This document shows, piece after piece, positions 63,951 to 64,000 of a stretch of DNA of 64,000 nt. The stretch is from the NCBI GenBank assembly GCA_002269645.1, contig NIVC01001183.1:278989-342988 (forward strand), given 5' to 3'. Under the pieces are notes generated by a model. The model ran no database searches, was not told the DNA's origin, and was given only the letters and a program-made list of their open reading frames with translations. The position numbers and the translations under genes were made by a program. Source of the stretch: Macrostomum lignano. Lineage: Eukaryota. The stretch's first letter is position 1. The number at the start of each line of letters is the position of its first letter.

Positions 63951-64000
63951 TGCTGGATTTAGGATGTAGTTAGGCTTATCTCTTAAGGTTGAGTAAATTG

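Larger units (their letters stand above)
59740..64000 (-). mobile_element. Autonomous-type hAT DNA transposon (decayed), extends past the right edge
   Basis: TIR CATACATGCGCAAC at 59740-59753; TAAGTCGCA subterminal array; transposase pseudogene inside; candidate TSD TCTTTAGA (59732-59739). Confidence 0.88.

Overview
Eukaryotic (invertebrate metazoan) genomic DNA. GC-rich exons, AT-rich transposon islands and minisatellite-filled introns suggest a flatworm such as Macrostomum (inference only). Five spliced genes can be reconstructed from GT-AG sites: (1) a HELZ2-like RNB exoribonuclease/SF1 helicase (-, runs off the left edge); (2) an RNF126/RNF115-like RING-H2 E3 ligase (-); (3) a 26-kb AKAP13/ARHGEF28 (Lbc)-family RhoGEF with DBB/ankyrin-like, C1, DH-PH and coiled-coil regions (+); (4) a probable DUF4592/CRACD-like gene (-); (5) KANSL1/NSL1 (-). 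One hAT transposon family with TIR CATACATGCGCAAC appears three times: a 297-bp MITE with a perfect 8-bp TSD, a decayed deletion derivative, and a ZNF862-like transposase pseudogene running off the right edge. A second non-autonomous hAT element (8-bp TSD) contains a nested long-TIR MITE. More than 25 different tandem repeats fill the introns and explain most long ORFs in the track. The most unusual observation is a ~64-nt fragment of 28S rRNA (helix 69-71 region) inside the hAT MITE, altered precisely at the R2/I-PpoI target site. Family assignments rest on motifs recalled from memory; no database search was run.
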